Source: Octopus vulgaris (taxonomy: Eukaryota). Taken from it: DNA of 64,000 nucleotides. Location: positions 14,880,001 through 14,944,000 of the forward strand of contig OX597837.1 of assembly GCA_951406725.2 (NCBI GenBank), in the 5' to 3' direction. The position numbers were made by a program, and so were the translations under genes. Each line of letters starts with the position of its first letter. Position 1 is the stretch's first letter. The notes beneath the pieces are model-generated. The model made no database searches. It had not been told where the DNA came from and saw only the letters and a program-made list of their open reading frames with translations. Shown piece by piece: positions 52,745 to 64,000 of this stretch.

Positions 52745-53351
52745 GGCTGTGACTGCTGAGGACATGTGAAGGCTTGAAAGAAATGAAGCTAGCATAGTTC
52801 ACTGGATGTGCAATGTCAGTGTTTCATACACGACAGAGTGTGAATGATTTAAGAGTAAAACTGGGTATAAGAGGCTTCGGATGTTGTGTAGAAGAGAGGA
52901 GGAGACTGCACTGGTTTGGGCATGGGATGTGTATGGATGAGGACAGCCGCATAAAGAAGTGCTGATCTCTAATTGTGGAGGGGACCCATGGAAGAGTTGG
53001 GCCCAGAAAGATGTGGGATGAGGTGGTGAAATCTAATCTTCAGGAGTTGAGTCTCATGGAGGTGATGGCAAGTGACTGAGACCTTTGGCAATTTGCTGAG
53101 TTTGAGAAGACATGTTGAACTAAGTGAAATTGTAGTTGTGGTCAGTGTTGGTGACACATAAAAGGCACTTGTGCCACTGATATGTAAAAGACACCCAGTA
53201 CACTCTGAAGTGGTTGACATTGGGAAGGATGTCCATCTGTAAAACCAAGCCAAAAACAGACTGGAGCCAGTGCAGTTCTCCAATTTGCCAGTTCCAGTGG
53301 AACCATTTAATCCATGCCAACATGGAAGGCAAATGCTAAATGATGATGATG
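52745..53351 (+). mobile_element. RTE LINE 3' fragment: decayed ORF C-terminus plus family C UTR and tail
   Basis: WAVTAEDM*RLERNEASIVHWMCNV...RLHWFGHGMCMDED...GPRKMWDEVVKSNL, contiguous with the (GAT)n-tailed UTR. Confidence 0.85.
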
Positions 53352-53561
53352 TGTGTGTGTGTGTATTGAGAAAAAAATATCACCAGAATATTGTGAAAAA
53401 GTATTTTTATTCATTATTAATAGTTTGAGAAACCACCAAATTTTATTTGATAAGTCCCAGAAACGAACAAAAGCACTAATAATAATGAATAGATAAAATG
53501 TTTTTTTTCCAAAATTCTGGCAAACTTTTTTCTCAGTATTCAATATTTGTACACCACACCT

Positions 53562-53639
<78 letters not shown>

Positions 53640-55599
53640 ACAGGCTTTTTCCTCACAAAGCCAACCCAAAGTCATGTGAGTGGATTTGATAAACAGAAAC
53701 TGAAAGAAGCCTGTTGTGTAAATATGTATACACACAGTGTGTGTGGGTGTGTGTATGTCTACATATACATACACAGTGTATGTATGTGTTTTTTCCCCCA
53801 CCAGCACTTGGGTATATGTCCTCCTAACTTAGCAATTCAGCAAAAGAGACTGATAGAATAAGTACCAGACATTATAAATAAATAAATAAATAAATATATA
53901 CTGGGGTTGATGCATTCAAGTAAAGTTCTTCGAACCAGTGCCCCAGCATGGCCACTGCCAAAATGACTGAAGCAATAAAAAAAATATACACACATGCATA
54001 TATATGTATGCATTTATACATACATATACATATATGTATAAGTATACGGTGGACCCCTTTCAGTCTCCCTCTACCAGATCCACCCGCAAGGCTTGGCCAC
54101 CCTACCCTGCCTGTTTCTCGAGTTTATACATGTATGTATATGACTTACATGTATGTTTTCCTACACGTGTATATAAACAAACAGACCTAATCGGAATATG
54201 GTTTTCACTTGTTTCATAAATACCAAATGTGTATATTTTTCTTATCCCTGTTCTCAACCAGTTCTTGTGTTATTTTAATTATCAAATCCCCAAATCCCTT
54301 CTTGTTCAATATTATTAAATTTCTCGCACTTCATTCGGTGAAGGGTTCCATTCTGTCAAAATTATTAAGTGAAAGTCTTAAACGCTTTCAATGCTTTGAG
54401 ACAGTAATTCTACGGAATAGTACATTTGCCCCCATTTTTTGTTTAATTTTTTTATTTTTTCTTATTTTCCTTTTTTTCGTTGGTGGATCTTGTTCCGTTG
54501 CAGTTGACTGTGATTAGGAAATGTTGAACATATTCAGGAAATTGTAGTTGTTGTTGTTCTCCATATTCTTCTCTTCCCCTCTGCTGTGAGTAGCTTCACG
54601 TCGCAATATGGAAGAACGTCTTAAAAATAGAATTCTTGCATAGGAAGCTTATATATATTGTATCAAATGTCAGAAATCTTAAGTTTGAAATCCTTTCATG
54701 TATGCAGTTTATTAAATAGAAGGGAATCTATGTCAAACTGCAGACCACTGGTTTGCAGAAAAAAAAAAGGGGGGGGGAGAAAAAAGGCCCCCATATCATA
54801 TTACATAAAACATATAAGTTTGTGCTAAAATTTTAATTCTTAGTTTTTGTATTTAACTCCGGAAATATAGGATCAAGTTTTTGCTTTCTGCTGATGCAAT
54901 ATCTTGTTTAACTAATGGCTGGTTTGTTTTTGATTTTGTTTTGCTATTTTTTATTGAATTTTCTTAATTTTTCTCTCTCTCCTGCATATTTTTATCTCCT
55001 GCTTTCTGAGCAGATAAGATGCTTCATCCATCGGTGCTGGGTTTCAGAGCCAGTTTCACCCATCATGCTATATATATATATATATATGAAGAAAATACTT
55101 CGTATAATTCCGACACTATCAATCAAGATGAAATAGCAATTAGAGAAGGGACCATCGGGAGTTAGCTACGAAATTTCTGGGACCAAATCTGTCATCATTT
55201 TCTACTCATGTTCCATGCTTGCATGGGTTGCGCAGTTTGACAGAATCTGATGGGTCCAAGGACTGCTTTGGCATTGTTTCTATGGCTGGGTGCCCTCCCT
55301 AATACCAATCACTTTACAGCATGGCCTGGATGGATTTTTAGATGCCATCAGCACTACAGAGATCACCATGCAGCTTGTGGAATTACAAAAAACCGCAATA
55401 AAAGGTTTTTGTTGATTGCATGCTATGGAATGAGGGGTTAGAATATAGGAGAAGGGAGCAGGTGAAGCAGTTTCTTGCAATAATAGTTATATGGTTACTC
55501 ACATTTAGGAAGGGAGAGAGAAAATCCTCAACAGGTGCTGCAAAGAGATAGGAGATGAGGTGTCCAGGTGACCCCACATGGCATGAGTTAAGTAGAAGT

Positions 55600-56030
55600 G
55601 GGTAGGCATGTAAAATGCATCATCTGAACGTGGCCAATGCCAGTGCCCCCTGACTGGCTCCTGTGTTGGTGGCATGTAAAAAGCACTATCCAAACGTGAA
55701 CAGTGCCAGGCCTGTGTGACTGGCTCCTATGCCAGTGGCACATAAAAAGCACTCACTACACTCATGGAGTGGTTGGTGTTAGGAAGGGCATCCAGCTGTA
55801 GAAACATTGCCAGATCAGATTGGAGCCTGGTGCAGCCACTGGCTCTCCAAGACCTCAGTCGAACCCGTCCAACCCATGCCAGCATGGGTTTGGCAGTTTG
55901 ATATGGAGCTGGCCAACTAAAGAGCAGTCAATATTCCATGGTTTTTACAGCTGATTGCCCTTCCTAATGCCAACCACTTTACAAAGTGTGCTGGCTGCTT
56001 TTTACGTGGCATGGGTGCATTTACACAGCA
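55600..56030. mobile_element. Two inverted family C copies fused at the CCCATGCCAGCATGGG core
   Basis: Plus copy runs to about 55888 and the minus copy continues directly; neither tail is present. Confidence 0.7.
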
Positions 56031-56851
56031 GTGCCACAAACACGTCTTGCTTACAATTGTCTTTCTATATTTCAGCTTCAAGATAAACTTCGTTTTCTTT
56101 TTTTCTTTTTTTTGTGTCTTTTTAAACCCTTAAAGTATTACAAACAACTGAAGAATATTTGTAGAAAAAATAAATGGTATTTCAGGAATGTCACGCAACG
56201 AAATTCAAAAACCTTCAGTAACATGACAATGCCGATAGCAAGAAACACTATATTTTCTGGGATACAAGTTAATGCAGTGTTTAATGTAAACATGTAGTGT
56301 AAACATTCAAACTTCCTCACTTTCTTTCCAAATCCTATTGCATTTCACATAGAATTTCTGGTCCTCAAAACAACCTACGCTTTTTGGCAGTAAATTTTAG
56401 CCTCAAGAATTTTACTTGTATTCTGGAAAATACAGAAATCTGATGAAATATTATTATTTTTATTTCCCCCTGTGAAATATTTCAAACTAACAATTTGTCC
56501 TCCATATTATTCTTTGTTTATTTTTTTACTTGCTCCTGTCATAGAATTGCAGCCATGCTGGAGCACCTCTTTGAAGGGTTTTGTCAAACAGATCGACCCC
56601 CAGTACTTATTTTTAAGTTTGATACTTATTGTATCAGTCTCTTTTGCCAAACTGATAAGTTACAGGAATGGAAACAAACCAACACTGATTATCAGATATA
56701 TGTGTGTGTGTGTATAGTTGAGGTGTATTCTGTTAAGAACATATTAGAATACAAAATAGAGCTTGTTCACCCCTAGAATTACCAGATATACAGCAGTATT
56801 GTTGTATACTACCAATTCTAGGCTTAGGCATTCCTCGTGTGTAAAAAATTA

Positions 56852-57280
56852 AAAGGAAAGAATAAATAGTCAAAAGTAAGAGTGAGTAAGATTCGATAGC
56901 TGTTTTGATGCAACATACATCCACATATATACAGGATTTAAATTTAAATTAAATAACGGTTTACCTGTATAACAGGACCTAGTTTTATATCACCTCAGGT
57001 GGTATAAATCATTGTCTCTGTAAGCGTTTGATTTCAATGCTATCATATCCATCTGGCTCAGTTTGATGTGATAACATGGAAATCAAACACTTACGGAGAC
57101 AGTGATTTTATACCACCTGAGGAGACACATCTAGGTCCTATTATACAGGTAAACCATTACTTAATTTAAATTTAAATCCTGTATATATGTGGATCTATGT
57201 TGTATCAAAATAGGTATAGTGGTCATTAACAGCTGTCGAATTGTACTCACTCTTACTTTTGTATATCTATTCTTTCCTTT
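56852..57280. repeat. Foldback of about 430 bp (arms about 200 bp), probably inverted Penelope-like terminal repeats
   Basis: For example ATCCACATATATACAGGATTTAAATTTAAATTAA pairs with TTAATTTAAATTTAAATCCTGTATATATGTGGAT; centre near 57057. Confidence 0.9.
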
Positions 57281-57289
57281 ATATATATA

Positions 57290-57333
<44 letters not shown>

Positions 57334-57339
<6 letters not shown>

Positions 57340-58224
57340 TAATAATATAGGGTGAAATTAATTAATTTGGAATAGTCATTAATTACACCAAGTAGATTTC
57401 GGCATGTAAAAGCCTCATTCGAGGAAAGTTTAAGTAATACTAAGTAATTAAGGGTTTAGCAACGAATTGCCTCACCACACACCGAATTTAGAAATAGCAG
57501 TCAAAGAGTTATAGCTATTCTTTCTACTAAAAGGAGATCTCAGTAAAAACACAGCATTTGAAAGGCAAACACAGACAGGTAAGAGAGAATGAAATGACGG
57601 CAATCTATCATACAATTTTAAGTCACCTACGGACGTACGTTTTGAAATTAAGTTTTAGGAAAGCATAAGAATTAGATAATTATGTCTTACCCAACTTCTT
57701 TTCTCATCAGCGTAGGACACTACAATTATGAATAATTGTATATTAAATTTCGAGATACTAGAAGGCATCATCTCAACTCAGTATCAGAGCGAGCTAAAGC
57801 CGTTACCAGTATCACCAAATTCAAAGTGTGAATGAAAGTTTGTGTCACCAACCCCTTCCCACCCGCGTGTAGCCAAGACAAGATGCTGTGGTCATTTACT
57901 GGGATAAAATATGGTTATCAGTAATAATATAGGGTGAAATTAATTAATTTGGAATAATCATTAATTACACCAAGTAGATTTCGGCATGTAAAAGCCTCAT
58001 TCGAGGAAAGTTTAAGTAATACTAAGTAATTAGGGGTTTAGCAACGAATTGCCTCACCACACACCGAATTTAGAAATAGCAGTCAAAGAGTTATAGCTAT
58101 TCTTTCTCAGAATAGCTGAGATCTCCCTTTTTAGTAGAAAGAATAGCTATAACTCTTTGACTGCTATTTCTAAATTCGGTGTGTGGTGAGGCAATTCGTT
58201 GCTAAACCCTTAATTACTTAGTAT
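57334..58224 (-). mobile_element. Penelope-like element remnant: partial tandem pLTR plus inverted segment within (TA)n
   Basis: 192-bp direct repeat (57334-57525 and 57916-58107); inverted copy 58116-58224 of about 57437-57543; hammerhead motif inside; TA tracts on both sides. Confidence 0.7.
57626..57716 (-). ncRNA. Type I hammerhead motif with a G12-to-A core change
   Basis: Minus strand: CCTACG-CTGATGA-[GAAA..AAGTT...AACTT..TTTC]-AAAA-CGTACG-TC-CGTAGG. Confidence 0.65.
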
Positions 58225-58940
58225 ATATATATATATATATATAATTGAGAGAGAAGGGTGTGGATAGGCCCTGGCATGGCTGTGGTAAGAAGTGTGCTTT
58301 TCAACCATGTGATTTCAGGTTTGGTTCCATTGTATGGCATTTTGGATAACTGTCCTCAACTAAAGCGCCAGAGTAACCACAACCTTATGTGCAGATTTGG
58401 TTGGTGGAAACTCAAAGAAGCCCATCATGTGTGTGTGTTATTGTCTCCTTGCATTGAAATCATGTGATAGTTGTAAATGAATGTCACCATTCTGGAATCA
58501 GTGCTCTTCATTTTCAGTCTTCCATGTCTGGCCACGGAGATTTATTAGCTTTTGAAATGGGTGAGGGTTGACGACAGGAAGGGCATCCAGCTGTGAAAAG
58601 AAATCCACTTCAACACAGGCAAGGATAGAAAAGAGTAGATTAGAGCAATGATTGGTGTATAAAATTATGATTTTTACGTGTGTTTTCCTTGCTGGCATGG
58701 GTCGTTATGGTTCAATTCAATCTGTGTTGAACCATGGTAACCTATCCAACCCATGCAACCATGGAAAGCAGACATAGAAATGGAATAATTATTTGATTAG
58801 TTGCCTAAACATTTGGCTGCAACTCTAGCTTCACACTCAATGATCCATGGGAAACTGAAACTTGAACAGATGCTGCAGCACTAAAACTAAACATGATTCT
58901 CCTCTTTCATTTCAAAACTAACTTTTGTGTGTGTGTGTGT

Positions 58941-59158
58941 AAAGGGTGCTGAAAAGTTCCTGGCTTTGGGTAAAAGAAAATACACACGGGAGGATATGTT
59001 AATTATGATTTTATTTAGCATATCCCCCTCTCAGATTAACACACTTATTGCAGTGGTCCTTCGGTTTTTCTAAGCCCTGTAAAAGAACTTGGAAGATTGG
59101 CCAGCAACCAGGCCTTTTGTAATACCCTTAAAGCCAGAAACTTTTCGGTACCCCTTCG
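58941..59158. mobile_element. Mariner-like MITE
   Basis: TIRs GGGTGCTGAAAAGTTCCTGGCTTT / AAAGCCAGAAACTTTTCGGTACCC; the right end CG is followed by TA. Confidence 0.75.
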
Positions 59159-59465
59159 TATCTATCATAAAAATAAATGGATGGATTACATGATATGGCT
59201 ACAATGTTTCATTGAGAGATTTTATTGTGACATAACCTCATACATATTGTACGAACAGTTTTGTAAGACGTGTACCATCCATTAAACTGTGCCAGACACT
59301 AATCTCCTGGTTCATAGGACCAACTTTATGCAGGTCAATAAATGTGTGCCTCACTTCACTTTGGTATGCCTTCATCTTTAAATAGATCTCTTTTAATCTA
59401 TTCTATATAACTACACACGTGCTGTTAGTATTTTCTTTTCCCTCTTTGAATTTGTCCCTTTCTCC

Positions 59466-59498
59466 TTTCTGACAAAGAGCTATGCTTGAAACATCAAA
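59466..59498 (+). ncRNA. Degenerate minimal hammerhead, same repeat family as 43048
   Basis: TTT-CTGACAA-A-GAGC-TAT-GCTT-GAAA-CA-TC-AAA; core G8 is mutated. Confidence 0.5.
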
Positions 59499-61324
59499 CT
59501 CTTTTTATCAAGTGTCAAGCTAATATATATTTCTTGTACATGTCCTCTTGTTGTCTGCTATTTCTTTTATTATTCATTTATCTGAATTGACTATATACAT
59601 TCATACATACATACATACATACACACATACATACACACATACATACATACACACATACATACATACATACACACACGCATACACACATACATACGCATAC
59701 ATACAAACACACAAACATACATACATACATACACACATACACACACGCATAGATGCATACGTACATATAAATTAGAAGAATTATGTTAAAGGAAAAATTA
59801 CAATATTATTATTATAATAATATTCCCTAATATTATTATATATATATATACATACACACATACACACACACATACACACACACATGTCTGTGTGTACATA
59901 TATGTGTGTGTGTGTGTGTGTGTATTTTATATACTTGCATGTATGTATGCATTATGTATATAATTTTTATCTCATTTCAGTCATTAGACTGTTGACATGC
60001 CAAGGCTAACTTTATATATGTATGCTAGCATGGAAAACGGACGCTAAACGATGATGATGATGATATATATATATATTAGCATTTTCTTGTCATCTTTCTC
60101 CTTCCATGTTTGCATGGGATGGGCAAACCTTAAAGTGACTTTCCTGTTCATTGTGGACCTTTTTTGTTATTTAAGAGCATAAATATTGAATTTAACTTTA
60201 AGGAATTTCTTGGTAAATTTCCTGTAACCTTTGTAATCGTCTCTCATTTCAGTTTGTATTCCATACCCTACCATCTTCCCACTTTTAATATGGACGCATC
60301 ACACATTCTATTGATTTCCCAGCTGAAGAATCCAGTTTGCTCTTTGGTATTAAAAAAAACCAGAAAGAAGTAAATCTCCGTAGCTGCTTGGAAACAAGAA
60401 TTGTGAATATGTCAATGGTTAATGAAATAAATGTGTGTGTGTGTGTTGAGGAAGTCGTTATAGTGATAGGAGCTGACCTAGAACCAATGGCTAACGCACA
60501 AGGACAACAGCAGGAAGTCTGACCTTTCAAACTGACGTGGAGTTGACTTTAACAGAGCTCTAATAACACTTCTATTAAGGTATCTGACAAGATAGGGAGG
60601 AGGGGTGATTACAATATGCAACCAATTACACTTGAGCCAATGAGGATGGCTCTACATGGTCATGTGACCTGTTAGAAATAGCTGCCAAATCTCCCTCAAA
60701 TTACACCCGGCTTTCTAGAAAATAAAACCTAGATGTGTGTGTGTGTGTGTATATAACAGAAAATTGCCGCAAGGCAAGCACACAGCAGGAGAGATCTTCA
60801 GAGGAAGAACTCCCGTCCGATGAGTGTTTTGACCCTTATACCTGACACAGTCGCCCGCTGACACTCATTGATGCTACATCGAAGGGGCCAAGGAACAGAA
60901 GAAAGAAGAAGACATGCACCCAACACCAGAGCTGAAGACACCTCCGAAAGGGGTGGGTGGGGCGCCACGTCAGAATGGTAGAGGAGTAGGGGCCGAAACC
61001 GGATGTGGTTTCTCCTGATGATGTCTTGAGCTCACTGGATCCTAGTCCGTCACAGAGTTACTCATTCATGGCTGAGTGAACTGGAGCAATGTGAAATGAA
61101 GTGTTTTGCACTGTGCATCAAAATGCACCACCTAGTGCAGGAATTAAACCTACAATCTTACGATCATGAACACAACACCCTAACCACTCGTCCGCATGCC
61201 TTCACAGTCATGATAATTGCTTTAATCTTTTCACATTCACATTAATCAAATGTCATTCTTATTCATTCGCATTATTTTCTATTAATCCTGCATTATCTCA
61301 CGGCTTTGAGATTTTGATGATGAT

Positions 61325-61720
61325 CTTTTTTTTTATTCTTTTATTCTTTTACTTGTTTCAATCATTTGACAGCAGCCATGCTGGAGCACCACCTTTAGTC
61401 AAACAAATCGACCCCAGGACTTATTCTTTGTTAGCTTAGTACTTATTCTATCAGTCTCTTTTGCTGAACCACTAAGTTACAGGGATGTAAACACACCAGC
61501 ATCAGTTGTCAAGCGATGTTGGGGGGACAAACACACACACACACACATATATGCATACATACAATGGGCTTCTTTTCAGTTTCCGTCTACCAAATCCACT
61601 CACAAGGCTTTGGTTGGCCCAAGGCTATAGTAGAAGACGCTTGCCCAAGGTGCCACGCAGTGGGACTGAACCCAGAACCATGTGGTTGGAAAGCAAGCTA
61701 CTTACCACACAGCCACTCCT
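61325..61720 (-). mobile_element. SINE family B, near full length
   Basis: Near-identical to 25263-25630. Confidence 0.9.
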
Positions 61721-62504
61721 GGTTGTTTATTTTTAGAGTGACAGGGAAGAAATAGGTTTGACCATAAAACAGGCAGAAGAATATTTGGTCCGAAGGACAG
61801 AACCAATTTAAAAGCGGAAGAGTTAATAAAATTCCATCAGATGTCGCCCATGCATTTTAAGTAATTGCTATTTAAACCTCAAATGGTCCGTATCGTATCG
61901 TATGGTTTTCTTGCAACTAAAATATTTGCACGCTACCAATAACTTTGACTGGAAGATGTATTTAGTGATGACATCTGTCACCAAAGTGGGTTCCCCCCCT
62001 GATTTAATTCCGAACAGCAAATATTTACTTTGCTCTTTCGGTAATCTCCGTTTGATCTACCAACTTTGGGCTTTTATTATAGGTTCCTTTACTATGTACA
62101 AACACAGCAGACCTACCACTTCTACCGCTACATCATCGAAATCTTATTATTATTTCTTAGCGTTTCCTATCTTTTGCTCCCTTGAGGAAACACACTTCCT
62201 CCTTTTTTTTCTTTTTTCTTCTTTTTTTCCTTTTTCTTTACTCGAGATTGCATCTCGCATTAAAACTGCTATTTTAGTTCTTCGTCTTTGTGTAAATAGA
62301 ACCATTTTATCTGTTTATCACATTTTCATCAACAGCTGCAGACATGGTTTTTAGATTTGCCTTTATAATTTCCTTTTATTCTTGAGTTACCGTTTCTGTT
62401 CGGTTCTTGGAGAGAAGTGTAACAGTTTCAGAATCACTAACGGCAAAAAGACCACCATCAGATGCGTTCTAGATATTATCTTGAGCCAGTGTGAGAGGAG
62501 CAGC

Positions 62505-62692
62505 TATGTGGTCAGTTGATCTGCAAGAAATAGCAGCCAAATCTCCTTCAAATCACAAACTATAAAAAAGAGGAAAAACACACAGGATAAAGTGGTTTCA
62601 CACCCCGGGAGAAAATATCTGGAATGGTCATGGTTGGAATGATTTTGATCATAAGTCTGCTTCAGTCAGAGCTGATTGAGGCTAAACAACAG
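62505..62692. mobile_element. Old dispersed repeat (family D), unclassified
   Basis: AGAAATAGCAGCCAAATCTCC.TCAAATCAC motif also near 6570, 9060, 18490, 20020, 34130, 39255 and 60675, in either orientation. Confidence 0.6.
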
Positions 62693-62719
62693 CCCATGAT
62701 ATCACGCATACAGCAAAAA

Positions 62720-62950
62720 GGCGGCGAGCTGGCAGAATCATTAGCACACCGGGTGAAATGCTTAGCGGTATTTTGTCTGCCGTTACGTTCTGAGTTCAAA
62801 TTCCACCGAGGTCGACTTTGCCTTTCATCCTTTCTGGGTCGATAAATTAAGTACCAGTTATGCACTGGGGTCAATGTAATTGACTTAATCCGTTTGTCTG
62901 TCCTTGTTTGTCCCCTCTATGTTTAGCCCCTTGTGGGTAGTAAAGAAATA
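62720..62950 (+). mobile_element. SINE family A, full length
   Basis: Probable TSD ATACAGCAAAA at 62708-62718 and 62971-62981. Confidence 0.9.
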
Positions 62951-63266
62951 CATAATAAGAAGTATTATGTATACAGCAAAAGGTGTATGCACAATATTGT
63001 GTGTGTGATCAGCATCAGCATCGCCTACTCTCCCATGCTGGAATGGATTTAATGTTGGTGCATGTTTTTGTGGCACCATCGTTATAGAGGTTTCCTTAGC
63101 CTGTGGAGTAAGACGAAAGAGTCCTTGTGTTGTCACTGCTCAATTTGCCAATTACCTCACTTGGAAACCGGTAAGAGCTGGTGACAGGAAGGGCACCCAG
63201 CTGTAGACAATCTATCTCAACAAATTCCATGTGACCCAAGCAAGCATGAAAAAGTGGATATTAAAA

Positions 63267-63442
63267 ACAAACAAGGACAGATTATCGCAACCCCAGTGCG
63301 TAACTGGTACTTATTTAATCGACCCCGAAAGGATGAAAGGCAAAGTTGACCTCAGCGGAATTTGAACTCAGAACGTAGCGGCAGACGAAATACCACTAAG
63401 CATTTTGCCCAGTGTGCTAACGTTTCTGCCAGCTCGCCACCT
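63267..63442 (-). mobile_element. SINE family A, 3'-deleted
   Basis: Reverse complement of the 62720 copy. Confidence 0.85.
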
Positions 63443-63606
63443 TCTTTCAGTTTCTGTCTTACCAAATTCACTCAAAAATCTTTGGTCAACCTTGAGGCTG
63501 CCATAGAAAACTCTTGTCCATGGTGCTGTGCAGTGGAACTGAAACTGGAACCATGCAATTGCAAAACAAGCTTCGAACCACACACACACCTATGCCTGAG
63601 CTTTTA

Positions 63607-63645
<39 letters not shown>

Positions 63646-64000
63646 ATCTACCACCCATCTATAAAAGCAGGCGTGAGCTTTTCCTTCTATCCTTAACCAC
63701 ATCTCTTCGTTATCTTGATGTCTATCAACACAAACATGTTTCAAATGAAATTAACTGTAATGACACAGATTAGTTTTGTTATTGTAAGGAGAAAAGAGAC
63801 CTGGTTGCCAGCGGCGCCGAAGAATGTAGGATTGTCACGCATCAGACTGGATTGATAAAGATGTCTGGCTTTCGTGAAGTCTTCTTAATATGTAATCCTT
63901 TTGGTATCAACCTAGCTGGAACCAACCCCAGCTCTGTGAAGCAAAACTGTCTACTTTGGAGCATTCATAGTTAAACCCTTAACACTTGGATTATCCTGTT

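Noticed and set aside
60925-61020. CTGAAGA...GAAAC hammerhead-like motif
   Set aside because: Stem II does not close next to GAAA and stem I is out of register; at best an unclassified TE relic.

Overview
AT-rich, repeat-saturated eukaryotic DNA. The repeat content (tRNA-headed and CORE-like SINEs, RTE LINE tails ending in (GAT)n, many TA/CA/AAT microsatellites) looks like an Octopus-type cephalopod genome; this is inferred from repeat recognition, not a database hit. Most of the window appears intronic or intergenic, and nearly all listed ORFs are microsatellite or SINE read-throughs. One credible coding exon is visible: an ATG-initiated first exon at 30454-30765 (+, 104 codons, GTGAGA donor, product unknown), downstream of a CpG-retaining promoter-like region (about 26.4-30.8 kb). 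No next exon could be assigned. Mobile element remnants include RTE, Expander-like and Dong/R4-like LINE fragments, an internally deleted (bipartite) RTE, hAT, mariner, Tigger and piggyBac-like MITEs, and Penelope-like pieces. The most interesting signals are: (1) a candidate recursive splice site with a 59-nt cryptic exon at 6883-6941; (2) four hammerhead ribozyme motifs in Penelope-like repeats, one with an intact core; (3) several long foldbacks that could be A-to-I editing substrates. No convincing new multi-gene system is visible; these candidates are known mechanisms possibly unreported at this locus. Repeat boundaries were read by eye and are approximate unless a target-site duplication (TSD) is given.
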